Both the position numbers and the translations under genes were made by a program. Positions 36,306 through 45,281 of a stretch of 47,810 nt of DNA are shown here, in pieces. Position 1 is the stretch's first letter. Each line of letters starts with the position of its first letter. Location of the stretch: assembly GCA_030610085.1 (NCBI GenBank), contig JAUWSL010000002.1, positions 1-47,810 on the forward strand, given 5' to 3'. The DNA comes from Candidatus Aegiribacteria sp. Its GTDB lineage: Bacteria; Fermentibacterota; Fermentibacteria; Fermentibacterales; JCC-6. The notes beneath the pieces are model-generated. The model was not told where the DNA came from. It saw only the letters and a program-made list of their open reading frames with translations, and did no database searches.

Positions 36306-37382
36306 TTAATAGATAACATGATCGTTGCCCCTGTCCGTTATTCTGGTAAGTATTTTGAGAAGATGCCAGGTTCCGTAAGCCATGGCCCCCAGAATGAGAA
36401 GAACTGCAGGGAGACAGCTGGACTGTCCTCCCGACATTGTTCTATGATTCAACTTGCCGCTGAATAGAATATCAAATGTGTAGGGCAGAATACCGGCCCA
36501 CAGGAGCGCGGCGGCAACTGTTATTATTTTCCTGTCCCTTCCTGAAGATGGAAATCTTCCCCTTAGAACATTCCCTGAGCGTCCATCAACAACTACCTGG
36601 TACGATCCATCAACGGTTCTGAAATCGGTTATCCACAGAGGATAGTAGACAAGGGCATCCCGATATCCGGAGATAACGATATAATCCCACCTCTCCTCAA
36701 GCCCGAAACCGACACCTGTTCCAAGTCTTCTGAAATATCTGTCTGTCTGAGCATGTGCTCCGGTAACGTTAACTAACGGATCAACGAATACACCATCTCT
36801 GGAACCCTCATCCCCCAGGATCTCCAGCCCGTCAGGAAGAGCATTGCGTTGAATATCAAGCCCCTGTATGGAAAGCTGCGAATCCGCTGAAAGAGTGGGA
36901 ATCCCAAGTGGTTCAAGGTCGGCTGCGCTGATGTTCACGCTTCCGGATAACTGAATCTCCCTTTCAACAGCATTTGATCCTGTTCGGGTTTTTATCTTCC
37001 TTGTGATAGAGACTGAATATCCAGTGGAAGACTGTCCTTCATAATCGACTGCGGGAATCTCTCTCTCATGGTAAACAGGCTCAACTCCAAGTACGTATCC
37101 GTTTACCTGTGCGCTGCAGTGCCAGAAAGGTACATAATAGAGCACCGGTTTGCTTACCCTGGCGTTCTCAATGCTGTCAGGGTTGCTTTTTTTGAGTTCT
37201 CTTCTCACTGACCGCAGAACATCTATACCTGCTGTTTCCGAAGGCAGTACGTACCTGCGTACTGCATTCGGAAGCAGCAGGCTGCTTGCACAGCTTGGGC
37301 ATACCGTGTGTGTATCCCCTTCACGAATACTGAGGGGTCCCGCGCACGATGGACAGGTAAGTGCCACAGATACTTTCTTCAT
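36306..37382 (-). CDS. Zinc-ribbon membrane protein of unknown family (cassette member 3)
   Basis: C10-x2-C13-x14-C28-x2-C31 (CPSC...CPSC). Motifs YYVPFWH and YYPLWITDF...VVVDGRSGNVLRG. Two C-terminal TM helices. The ATG overlaps the upstream stop (ATGA). Confidence 0.6.
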   Translation of the reverse strand: MKKVSVALTCPSCAGPLSIREGDTHTVCPSCASSLLLPNAVRRYVLPSETAGIDVLRSVRRELKKSNPDSIENARVSKPVLYYVPFWHCSAQVNGYVLGVEPVYHEREIPAVDYEGQSSTGYSVSITRKIKTRTGSNAVEREIQLSGSVNISAADLEPLGIPTLSADSQLSIQGLDIQRNALPDGLEILGDEGSRDGVFVDPLVNVTGAHAQTDRYFRRLGTGVGFGLEERWDYIVISGYRDALVYYPLWITDFRTVDGSYQVVVDGRSGNVLRGRFPSSGRDRKIITVAAALLWAGILPYTFDILFSGKLNHRTMSGGQSSCLPAVLLILGAMAYGTWHLLKILTRITDRGNDHVIY

Positions 37383-38074
37383 CTTCTCCCGGCTCTTATC
37401 CTGGAATAATAAAATGCTACTGCCAGAGGGATAATGACTATGAATGTCCAGATCCTGGAAAGCCAGGAATGATCCATATCTTTTGTAAGGAAATAGATGG
37501 GAATCGTGAATACAAGACCGGCACTCAGGGTTACGAGAAAGGTCCTGAAAAGGTTCTGCGCTGAAACCCTCCGTTCTTCTGTAACCGGCAACTCACCTAT
37601 AAGCTTGCCTGATACAGCATCTGCCAGCAATCCCTCACTGTAACCCTCCAGATTCAGCATGACAACATAAAACGGATGGAAGATCACTCTGCCGCAGCTC
37701 TTGCAAGCCATATCTCTGTCAAAAGGAATTAGCTGATCAGGTTCGACCAGGCTTTCATCGAAGACCCTCATGTTTCCTGAAGGAGGAATATAATCCTCGA
37801 GATCCTGCCATGGCTGGTTAAAACAGCGCTGGACCTTCCTGTCAGAGGATATGTCAGTTTCAAGGTAGGGGAAGTACTTCATCTCTACCGACGAGACCAT
37901 ACCAGATGGAAAAAGCCTCCTGACATGCTCCCTGGCAACTGATGGTTCTACCAGCGCCGGAACATTCTCGGGAGGATCAACTATGATCCTGGCTTCACAG
38001 TACGGACACCGCATGAAGAAATCACTCTCGATAACTACCTGCTGAGCTCCGCACTGCGTACAGTTAATTATCAC
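37379..38074 (-). CDS. Zinc-ribbon membrane protein of unknown family (cassette member 2)
   Basis: C5-x2-C8-x14-C23-x2-C26 (CTQC...CPYC). Motifs KYFPYLE and FHPFYVVML...LLADAVSGKLIG. Two C-terminal TM helices. Overlaps the 3' end of the kinase-like gene by 11 nt. Confidence 0.6.
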   Translation of the reverse strand: MIINCTQCGAQQVVIESDFFMRCPYCEARIIVDPPENVPALVEPSVAREHVRRLFPSGMVSSVEMKYFPYLETDISSDRKVQRCFNQPWQDLEDYIPPSGNMRVFDESLVEPDQLIPFDRDMACKSCGRVIFHPFYVVMLNLEGYSEGLLADAVSGKLIGELPVTEERRVSAQNLFRTFLVTLSAGLVFTIPIYFLTKDMDHSWLSRIWTFIVIIPLAVAFYYSRIRAGRR

Positions 38075-39575
38075 TTCTGCTGTCCGCCGAAACGCCTGCA
38101 GGCCTTGACCAGGCCTTCTCAGCTATAGCCACTGCAATGCTGTCGCTCCGGAGAGGTCTTCTTACATACACAATATTCGGATCAGGATTATCAGGTGTAT
38201 GGTAAGATTCGTTAATGACCGCGATCACCTCATGCTCCGTGATAACAGAGCCTTCCAGCCGATCGATCGCCGACAAATAATAATCGTGATCGGCCAGCAG
38301 CATGTTATACTCCGGAACTTCCGTATCCAGTGTAATCGTATCGATATTTATACTTCCCGATGGCAGCTGAGATACTGTACAGCCTATGGCTTCCAGAATT
38401 ATTTCGAGAAATTGAGATTCATGTTCGGCAAAACCTGCGATTGAAACTTTCGGGAAAATATCCCCGGCGGTCTCGGTTACGATCTTCCCGGCTGCGGGCA
38501 GATAGATCGAAAATGTGGATCCCTTCTCAAGTTCAGATTTGACAGTAATATAACCATGATAGTTATTCACAATTGAATATACGGCAGATAATCCAAGACC
38601 TCCCTTCTCACGTCTTGTGGAATAGAAAGGATCAAATATCCTGGTAAGGTTCTGATCGGAGATGCCGCATCCATCATCACTGATAGATATCAAAACGTAA
38701 CTTCCGGCATTCAGAGGTTTGATATCCTCAGATAGATCGACTCTGCAGGCAGCGATTCTTACCGTACCACTCCCGGAGGCAGCTTCAGCGGCATTGATAA
38801 GGAGGTTAACTACTATCTGCTCCACGAGTCCCGGAGGAACACCGGCATAACCCGTTCTGTCAGGGTAAGCCAGTTTGACATCCAGCCCCGGATAAGCGGC
38901 GGTGAGGATATCAAGGCTGCTCCCGATGATATTCCCGACAAGGCATATCTCCGAAGCGATATCAACTGCGTGCTCTCCGGGAGAAAGACTTGCTACCATA
39001 GAGCCGATCCTGCCGATGATCTTCTTTGAATCACGTATTGATCTGAAGACGGCAGCTCTGTCCCTGTGATTTCTGCTTATCCCTGAAAGGCGTGCCATAA
39101 GAACTGTAAGAAGATCATTCAGCCTGCCTGCAATTCCTCCAGCGAGAATCCTTATGGTATCAACTTTCTGGCTTCTCTGAAGTGCAGTGTCTATAAGCGA
39201 TCTTGAACTGGCATTCCTGAAAACCACACTCTCAATGACATTTGAATCCCTGCGCGAACCATAGGCCAGGAAGACAGCTCCCCTTACAAGTCTTTCATCT
39301 CCCTCCCGATGAACGATCACAGAAGCACCTGGAAAATTATAGTATCCATCAGTTGAGAGAACCTCACCTATATCATCAACCAGGGATTTACGGGTATTCT
39401 GATCAATGAAGACACAGACGTCCCACAGATCCTTCCCTTCTGCATCCGAAGTACTGATTCCAGTAAGGCCCTCCGCCTCGGGATTCATAAAGGAAACTCT
39501 TCTATTGGAATCCACAAGTACGACCGCGTCAGTTACTGCTGATAGAAGGGTCCTGATTCCCCTGGATGGCTTCAC
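38064..39575 (-). CDS. PAS-domain histidine-kinase-like protein lacking the phospho-acceptor His, with a degenerate receiver-like C-terminus
   Basis: N-terminal PAS (AVVLVDSNRRVSFMNPEAEGLTG). The DHp helix reads ILAGGIAGRLNDLLTVL, where the consensus is GGIAHDFNNLLT. HATPase_c is intact: N box VNLLINAAEA, G1 DDGCGI, F box FDPFYST, G2 GGLGLS. The roughly 130-aa C-terminal tail resembles a receiver domain but lacks the acidic pocket. GTG start. Confidence 0.75.
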   Translation of the reverse strand: MKPSRGIRTLLSAVTDAVVLVDSNRRVSFMNPEAEGLTGISTSDAEGKDLWDVCVFIDQNTRKSLVDDIGEVLSTDGYYNFPGASVIVHREGDERLVRGAVFLAYGSRRDSNVIESVVFRNASSRSLIDTALQRSQKVDTIRILAGGIAGRLNDLLTVLMARLSGISRNHRDRAAVFRSIRDSKKIIGRIGSMVASLSPGEHAVDIASEICLVGNIIGSSLDILTAAYPGLDVKLAYPDRTGYAGVPPGLVEQIVVNLLINAAEAASGSGTVRIAACRVDLSEDIKPLNAGSYVLISISDDGCGISDQNLTRIFDPFYSTRREKGGLGLSAVYSIVNNYHGYITVKSELEKGSTFSIYLPAAGKIVTETAGDIFPKVSIAGFAEHESQFLEIILEAIGCTVSQLPSGSINIDTITLDTEVPEYNMLLADHDYYLSAIDRLEGSVITEHEVIAVINESYHTPDNPDPNIVYVRRPLRSDSIAVAIAEKAWSRPAGVSADSRSDN

Positions 39576-39597
39576 GGTATCTAGCAGTCTATTTCGA

Positions 39598-41781
39598 TCA
39601 AGGCTGCCTCACAACGACAACTTCCCTGACCTGTCTCAGGTCCGGCGCATCGATCAGGAAGAAGTAGATACCTCCAGGAACTGTATCTCCACGAACATCG
39701 CAGCAGTTCCACTGGACGGTATGTGATCCCACCGCTTCGATCTGAGACGACAGGTCTGCGACCTGCCTGCCTGCGAGGTCATAAACTGCAAGTGAAGTCA
39801 TTCCCTCCGCCGCAGAGGAAATCGTTACAGGAATCGAAGTCATACCTGAGGCTGGATTGGGGCTGACATGGCCGAGGCGGGTCACTCCGACTTCTATTTC
39901 CCCCTCCGAAATACCGGTTGGGTATACCTGCGCCATAACTGCATCTGAAGGCCAGCCTGGGCCGAAATCCGGATCCATCGCCACTGCCCTGTACCAGAAT
40001 TGACCGGTTTCATGGCTTGCGAAAGTATAGGAGTTAATCGGGATACTGAGATCTATGAATTCGTTCTCATCCCAGACCTCGATCTTTATATCATCGATAT
40101 AAAGGTCACTTGAGCTTCCGTTGGTCTCCCATCTGAAACTCAGTGTTTCCCCCTGCCATTCATCCAGTTCATGTATGTTGAGTCTCCAGGTTTCATCTTC
40201 ACGGGTAAAAGTCTGAAGGTAGTACCAGTTGGCTCCGCCGTCGGTTGAAACTTCGATACTGCCCTGACATGAGCCATTGGGAATGTCGTAATAGGCCCAG
40301 AAACTCAGTCTTCCTCCGCCGTTCTCTGGGATTGCGGAGGTGTCGTTCCAGGTCATGGTTCCTGTTCCGGTGGACAGGTAACTGTGCGTTCCCGAGTGGT
40401 GCTGCGAAGTTGTTAAAGTCCAGTTATTGAGTGTGAAAGGCCCACCTGTGCCGTTATCATCAAGGAGGACTTCGTATCCTGCAAGCTCCTGAAGAGCGTA
40501 CGAGTCTGCCTCGGGAACATTGTTCCAGTTAACCGTAAATGGCGGGTTAACCACTCCAATAGCCTCGATCACCGGAATGCCCGGAACATGGGGGTCCGTG
40601 GGGCATCCTGCCAGGAAAGCAGTTACAAGATAGCTTCTGAGATTCCTTCTGGTGAGTTTGACCGTTTCTACAAGAGATGGCCAGAAACCGGCGAAATCCG
40701 CTCCGGTCTCGTGATTCCAGCTCAGGGCGCCGTACAATCCATAGGCGTGATCACGGGTGTTCCCGGCAGACATGTACAATATACCTGCGGACTGCCCGTA
40801 GACCTCACCCGTGCCCCACTGGACCATTATCTCCGCTTGTGTATCGTACACGGCATCGTCAGGAGGAGGATCGTACGTGTAACCCCATGGTCTGATGAGG
40901 ATGTTGCCATAGGTATGCGTAGAATGCATCTGGACGGGAGGATGATCCTGCCAGAAGCTGTCTATGTTACTGGTCTCAGGTTCACTGATGGGACCTTCCC
41001 CTCTGTAGGTGGTGGAGTATGGATCACCGCTGGAGCCTGCACCTCCCCACCCAACCGACCAGTTCCTGTTAAGGTCGATACCATCACCCAGAGTCCAGTT
41101 CATGTTCTTGCGGTGCATTCCTCCGCCGCTCGGAGATATTGTCTCGTTGTAAACGTAGCCGTCAACATTGTTACATGGCAGGCACCAGATCTCACGGTTG
41201 TCAAGCAGCCAGGTAGCCTGCAGACCGCAGAATCCGTTGCGCTCGTAATTATCACAGAGCCACAGCATGAAGAAGCGTACGTTTCGCATGCTGGCAGGCT
41301 CCCTGGCGTGAATGAGGCCGTCGTACCAGACATTCGGGAGAGTGGGGTCATCAGTCCAGAAGTCGTTATTTGAAGAAATTTTGACCACGGTTTGTGGTCT
41401 TCCCTCGAAAGTATCCCCGATCGAAGTAGGTGCGCTCGTAATATTCGGAAAGGTATCGTGCAGGTCATCGAGCCAGAGCGATAGCTCATCCCAGGTTAAG
41501 TATCCTCCCATGGATCTTCCATCGAACCTTCTGCTGTAGAATCTCTCGAGATCATCTATGCGTATATTAAAAGGCATGCCGGTTGCAAGAAGTGAGGCGT
41601 AATCGTGCTCGTTGGCAATACAGTCTACCGAACCATCTTCGTAGACATGCACAACTTCACAGCCTGAACCGATCAGTCTCTGGATCTCGATCTCGTTAAC
41701 GGGTCTGAAGTTCAGAAGAGAATAGCGTTCTGCGGCAACGACAGTGACCGCAACGAAAAGGAACAGCATCAGTTTTCTCAT
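39598..41781 (-). CDS. Secreted multidomain M14-family zinc carboxypeptidase with a T9SS/FlgD-Ig-like C-terminal sorting domain
   Basis: Signal peptide, GLIHAREPAS (HxxE) and MNWTLGDGIDLNRNW. A middle beta-rich domain of about 250 aa. The C-terminus reads VSPNPASG...LAVYDLAGRQV...GGIYFFLI...VVVVRQP. Paralog of the gene at 5777-7240. Confidence 0.8.
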   Translation of the reverse strand: MRKLMLFLFVAVTVVAAERYSLLNFRPVNEIEIQRLIGSGCEVVHVYEDGSVDCIANEHDYASLLATGMPFNIRIDDLERFYSRRFDGRSMGGYLTWDELSLWLDDLHDTFPNITSAPTSIGDTFEGRPQTVVKISSNNDFWTDDPTLPNVWYDGLIHAREPASMRNVRFFMLWLCDNYERNGFCGLQATWLLDNREIWCLPCNNVDGYVYNETISPSGGGMHRKNMNWTLGDGIDLNRNWSVGWGGAGSSGDPYSTTYRGEGPISEPETSNIDSFWQDHPPVQMHSTHTYGNILIRPWGYTYDPPPDDAVYDTQAEIMVQWGTGEVYGQSAGILYMSAGNTRDHAYGLYGALSWNHETGADFAGFWPSLVETVKLTRRNLRSYLVTAFLAGCPTDPHVPGIPVIEAIGVVNPPFTVNWNNVPEADSYALQELAGYEVLLDDNGTGGPFTLNNWTLTTSQHHSGTHSYLSTGTGTMTWNDTSAIPENGGGRLSFWAYYDIPNGSCQGSIEVSTDGGANWYYLQTFTREDETWRLNIHELDEWQGETLSFRWETNGSSSDLYIDDIKIEVWDENEFIDLSIPINSYTFASHETGQFWYRAVAMDPDFGPGWPSDAVMAQVYPTGISEGEIEVGVTRLGHVSPNPASGMTSIPVTISSAAEGMTSLAVYDLAGRQVADLSSQIEAVGSHTVQWNCCDVRGDTVPGGIYFFLIDAPDLRQVREVVVVRQP

Positions 41782-41870
41782 TGGTATCTTCTCCTGTTAA
41801 AAAGAAATAACGTTGATTATTATTAATCATACTATATCAGACATCATGAATATATACATGGGAGGTTTTC

Positions 41871-43886
41871 ATGTCAGTCAGTTTCCGCAGACAGGTTTCT
41901 CATGGAATCCCTGATTCTATCCCTCCTTTCCCCCCCGACCTTCCGGGGGTAAATCATGCACCGTCCAGACCGGATGTATTGACCAAAGAGGAAAAGAAAC
42001 TGGCATTGAAAAATGCATTACGTTATTTCCCGAAGAGATGGCACTCGAAGCTTGCTCCGGAATTCGCGGCTGAGCTGAAGAATGACGGCAGAATATATAT
42101 GCGCAGGTTCAGACCGGATTACGAGATGAAAGCGAGACCAATAAGTGAGTATCCTGCCAGTACACCTGCCGCAGCGGCGATAATGCTGATGATCCAGAAT
42201 AATCTTGACAGCGCGGTTGCCCAGCATCCGCAGGAGCTGATAACCTATGGAGGCAACGGAACGGTTTTCCAGAACTGGGCGCAGTACCTCATTACGATGA
42301 AATACCTGTCAGAGATGACAGAGTATCAGACCCTGGTACTCAACTCGGGGCATCCACTTGGCCTGTTTCCTTCACATCCGGGGGCACCCAGGCTGGTACT
42401 TACGAACGGCATGGTAATACCGAACTACAGTTCAAGGGAAGACTACGACAGAATGGCTGCCCTTGGTGTAACATCGTACGGACAGATGACCGCAGGAAGT
42501 TTCATGTACATAGGTCCCCAGGGAATCGTTCACGGCACAACCATCACGCTTCTGAATGCCGGAAGAAAGTACCTCGGATTGCCGCCCGAAGCGGACCTTT
42601 CGGGCAAACTGTTCGTTACTTCAGGACTTGGAGGCATGAGCGGAGCCCAGGCGAAGGCTTCGGTTATTGCAGGTGCGGTCTGCGTAATCGCCGAGATCAA
42701 CCCCAAAGCGATAAGAACAAGATACGAACAGGGATGGCTTCAGGAGATTGAGAACGATCTTGACAGGGTTCTTCGAAGAATTGAGAAGGCGCGCAGAGCA
42801 GGAGAGGCTCTCTCTCTAGGGTACACGGGAAATATTGTGGACCTGTGGGAAAAACTTGCTGAAGAAGGTGTTCCCGTTGACCTTGGGAGTGATCAGACCT
42901 CACTTCATAATCCGTTTCTTGGCGGTTATTATCCAGTCGGTCTCACCCTTGCGGAATCGAACAGCATGATGGTTGAGAATCAGGAGGGATTCAGAGAAGC
43001 GGTGCGCGAATCACTTCGAAGACAGGTCAGGGCGATAAACACACTTCATGAGAGCGGGATGTTCTTCTGGGATTACGGCAACGCCTTCCTCCTTGAAGCA
43101 TCCAGAGCCGGTGCGCAGGGCATTCTCCGTAAGGATGGAACATTCGCTTACCCCTCCTACGTCGAGGATATCATGGGTCCGATCTGTTTCGATTACGGAT
43201 TCGGTCCCTTCAGATGGGTCTGCACTTCCGGTGATCACGAAGACCTTGAGAAAACCGACATGATCGCTGCCGGTGTGCTTGAGGATATGGCGAAGGAAGC
43301 CGACCAGGAGATAAAACTTCAGATCCTGGACAATATACGATGGATAAAACAGGCTGATGAAAACAGGATGGTGGTGGGCTCCCAGGCCAGGATACTCTAC
43401 GCTGACAGGCAGGGGAGAATTAAAATCGCAAAAGCCTTCAACGACGCGATCGCAAGTGCCCGGATCACTGCTCCGATAGTCCTCGGCAGGGACCATCACG
43501 ACGTTTCCGGAACGGATTCCCCCTTCCGCGAAACCGCGAATATAAGGGACGGAAGCATGTTCACAGCTGACATGGCTGTTCAGAATGTCATCGGTGATTC
43601 ATTCAGAGGTGCAACCTGGGTATCCCTGCATAACGGTGGAGGAGTAGGCTGGGGTGAGGTGATCAACGGTGGATTCGGCCTGCTTCTTGATGGTTCGCCA
43701 GAAGCGGCGGAACTGGCATCGGGCATGCTCAGCTGGGATGTCTCCAACGGACTGGCAAGAAGATCCTGGGCCAGAAATCACGGAGCCATCTACGCTGTAA
43801 AGAAAGCTATGGAAGCGGAGCCCAATATGAAAATAACCATACCATCAATTGCCGATGATGCTGTACTTGAAGGTCTATTCGAGTGA
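41871..43886 (+). CDS. hutU: Urocanate hydratase (long form)
   Basis: 671 aa. Contains ELITYGGNGTVFQNW, GQMTAGSFMYIGPQGIVHGT, TSGLGGMSGAQ, SLHNGGGVGWG and RDHHDVSGTDSPFRET. A GGGAGG Shine-Dalgarno box precedes the ATG. Confidence 0.92.
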   Translation: MSVSFRRQVSHGIPDSIPPFPPDLPGVNHAPSRPDVLTKEEKKLALKNALRYFPKRWHSKLAPEFAAELKNDGRIYMRRFRPDYEMKARPISEYPASTPAAAAIMLMIQNNLDSAVAQHPQELITYGGNGTVFQNWAQYLITMKYLSEMTEYQTLVLNSGHPLGLFPSHPGAPRLVLTNGMVIPNYSSREDYDRMAALGVTSYGQMTAGSFMYIGPQGIVHGTTITLLNAGRKYLGLPPEADLSGKLFVTSGLGGMSGAQAKASVIAGAVCVIAEINPKAIRTRYEQGWLQEIENDLDRVLRRIEKARRAGEALSLGYTGNIVDLWEKLAEEGVPVDLGSDQTSLHNPFLGGYYPVGLTLAESNSMMVENQEGFREAVRESLRRQVRAINTLHESGMFFWDYGNAFLLEASRAGAQGILRKDGTFAYPSYVEDIMGPICFDYGFGPFRWVCTSGDHEDLEKTDMIAAGVLEDMAKEADQEIKLQILDNIRWIKQADENRMVVGSQARILYADRQGRIKIAKAFNDAIASARITAPIVLGRDHHDVSGTDSPFRETANIRDGSMFTADMAVQNVIGDSFRGATWVSLHNGGGVGWGEVINGGFGLLLDGSPEAAELASGMLSWDVSNGLARRSWARNHGAIYAVKKAMEAEPNMKITIPSIADDAVLEGLFE

Positions 43887-43931
43887 TATTAACATCAATG
43901 AATTGTTTATACTTCAGTAAAGGGGTTTAAG

Positions 43932-45020
43932 ATGCACAGATATATATTCGTCTTTGCTATTATTCTCATGCTTCCGGCAATCGTCCTCGCCTGGGGATTC
44001 CATGATGGGATAGGAAATGGTTCACCCATTGTATGCTTTACACCGAAATCAAGCGCGATGGGAGGAGTCTGGTCACTTCCATCCAGCGGAGCAGCATCCA
44101 TTTTCCTCAATCCGGCGGAGCTGTCCATGCTGGACGGAACTTTAATCAACCTTACAACCGCTATTGTACAGTGGAATTCGATAGTACTCAGTGTGATGGA
44201 TTATGATCAATTCGCTTCGGGCAACACCGGAGCGGTGACGCTTGCCGCGGGAACTGAAATATCCGATGCCGTATCAATCGGCGCAGGAATCGCAAAAGTC
44301 TCTGATTTCAGATTCAACGGTGTGATCAATATCCTTGAGGAGATCGGACTGAACAGTTATCAGGTCTTTGCAATCGATATACTGGATTCCCACGGTTCCC
44401 TCTGGGAGGCAAACACAGGCATTTCGATGGTTATGACCGACTGGCTGACAGCAGGTGTATCCGGGGGAATAAGGTTCGGAAAAGGATCATCGATCCGAAG
44501 GCATGACATTGTAGATCCCACGGCTGTTGACGATACCACCGAGGTGGAATGGAAAGAGAGCGATTTCTGCGTTCATGCAGGAATTCTCATGCCTTTTGAA
44601 TTCGGAACATTCGGCTTATCCGGCACCAATGCTACCGGCAGATACAGATCGAGGATCGCCGTTGGGTTCCAGAGGGAACTGGCTATTCTTAACGGCAGCA
44701 CGATGGGGATGGAGCTCGACATTCAGTCCCTGGAAGAAAGCAATCCCGCCATATCCGGCAAGTTGTTCGTATACCTGGCTGAAATGTGGCCGAATGTTCG
44801 ATCCACTTACAGCGTCGGTTTCAAGAGAGCTTCCGATTACCATCGCGCGTCCCTCTGTCTTGGAACAGGAGCCTGCATCGATTTCGGAAGGGTGGATATT
44901 GATCTGGGAGTATCATGGATGAGCAGAAGCAGGGCTGGATTTGCCTTCCCCGAGCCTTTCATCCACAATATCGATGACGCCGGAACATATTACTCCGTCG
45001 GGTTATCCTGGAGGCCGTGA
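43932..45020 (+). CDS. Putative outer-membrane beta-barrel protein (PorV/FadL-like N-terminal motif)
   Basis: Signal peptide MHRYIFVFAIILMLPAIVLA. Contains SSAMGGVWSLPSSGAASIFLNPAELS and alternating beta-strand patterns to the C-terminus (YYSVGLSWRP). Confidence 0.5.
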   Translation: MHRYIFVFAIILMLPAIVLAWGFHDGIGNGSPIVCFTPKSSAMGGVWSLPSSGAASIFLNPAELSMLDGTLINLTTAIVQWNSIVLSVMDYDQFASGNTGAVTLAAGTEISDAVSIGAGIAKVSDFRFNGVINILEEIGLNSYQVFAIDILDSHGSLWEANTGISMVMTDWLTAGVSGGIRFGKGSSIRRHDIVDPTAVDDTTEVEWKESDFCVHAGILMPFEFGTFGLSGTNATGRYRSRIAVGFQRELAILNGSTMGMELDIQSLEESNPAISGKLFVYLAEMWPNVRSTYSVGFKRASDYHRASLCLGTGACIDFGRVDIDLGVSWMSRSRAGFAFPEPFIHNIDDAGTYYSVGLSWRP

Positions 45021-45281
45021 AAACTTTGCAGCCATCAGTTTTCCAAGCGACACCGAATACTTCCGCAGATCCTTTTCAGAATCTTTCCAGTTGCCGCTTA
45101 CGAACATCAGAAGGTCTGAACCCACAGGAAGTCTCAATTCATCGATTCTGACCTGTGAAGTATCACCCGCAAGGTGAGATATCCTTTTCCCCATTTTAAT
45201 GCAGAAGCGTACCTCCAGACGGGGAAACAGTTTCTGAAATTTTCCGATCTCGTTCTCAAGATATTCTTTATCCAACGACAC
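45003..45281 (-). CDS. Candidate small protein (92 aa) downstream of hydG, function unknown
   Basis: GTG start preceded by AAGGAG with an 8-nt spacer (reverse complement of 45290-45295). No family recognised. Overlaps the convergent OMP gene's 3' end by 18 nt. Confidence 0.35.
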   Translation of the reverse strand: MSLDKEYLENEIGKFQKLFPRLEVRFCIKMGKRISHLAGDTSQVRIDELRLPVGSDLLMFVSGNWKDSEKDLRKYSVSLGKLMAAKFSRPPG

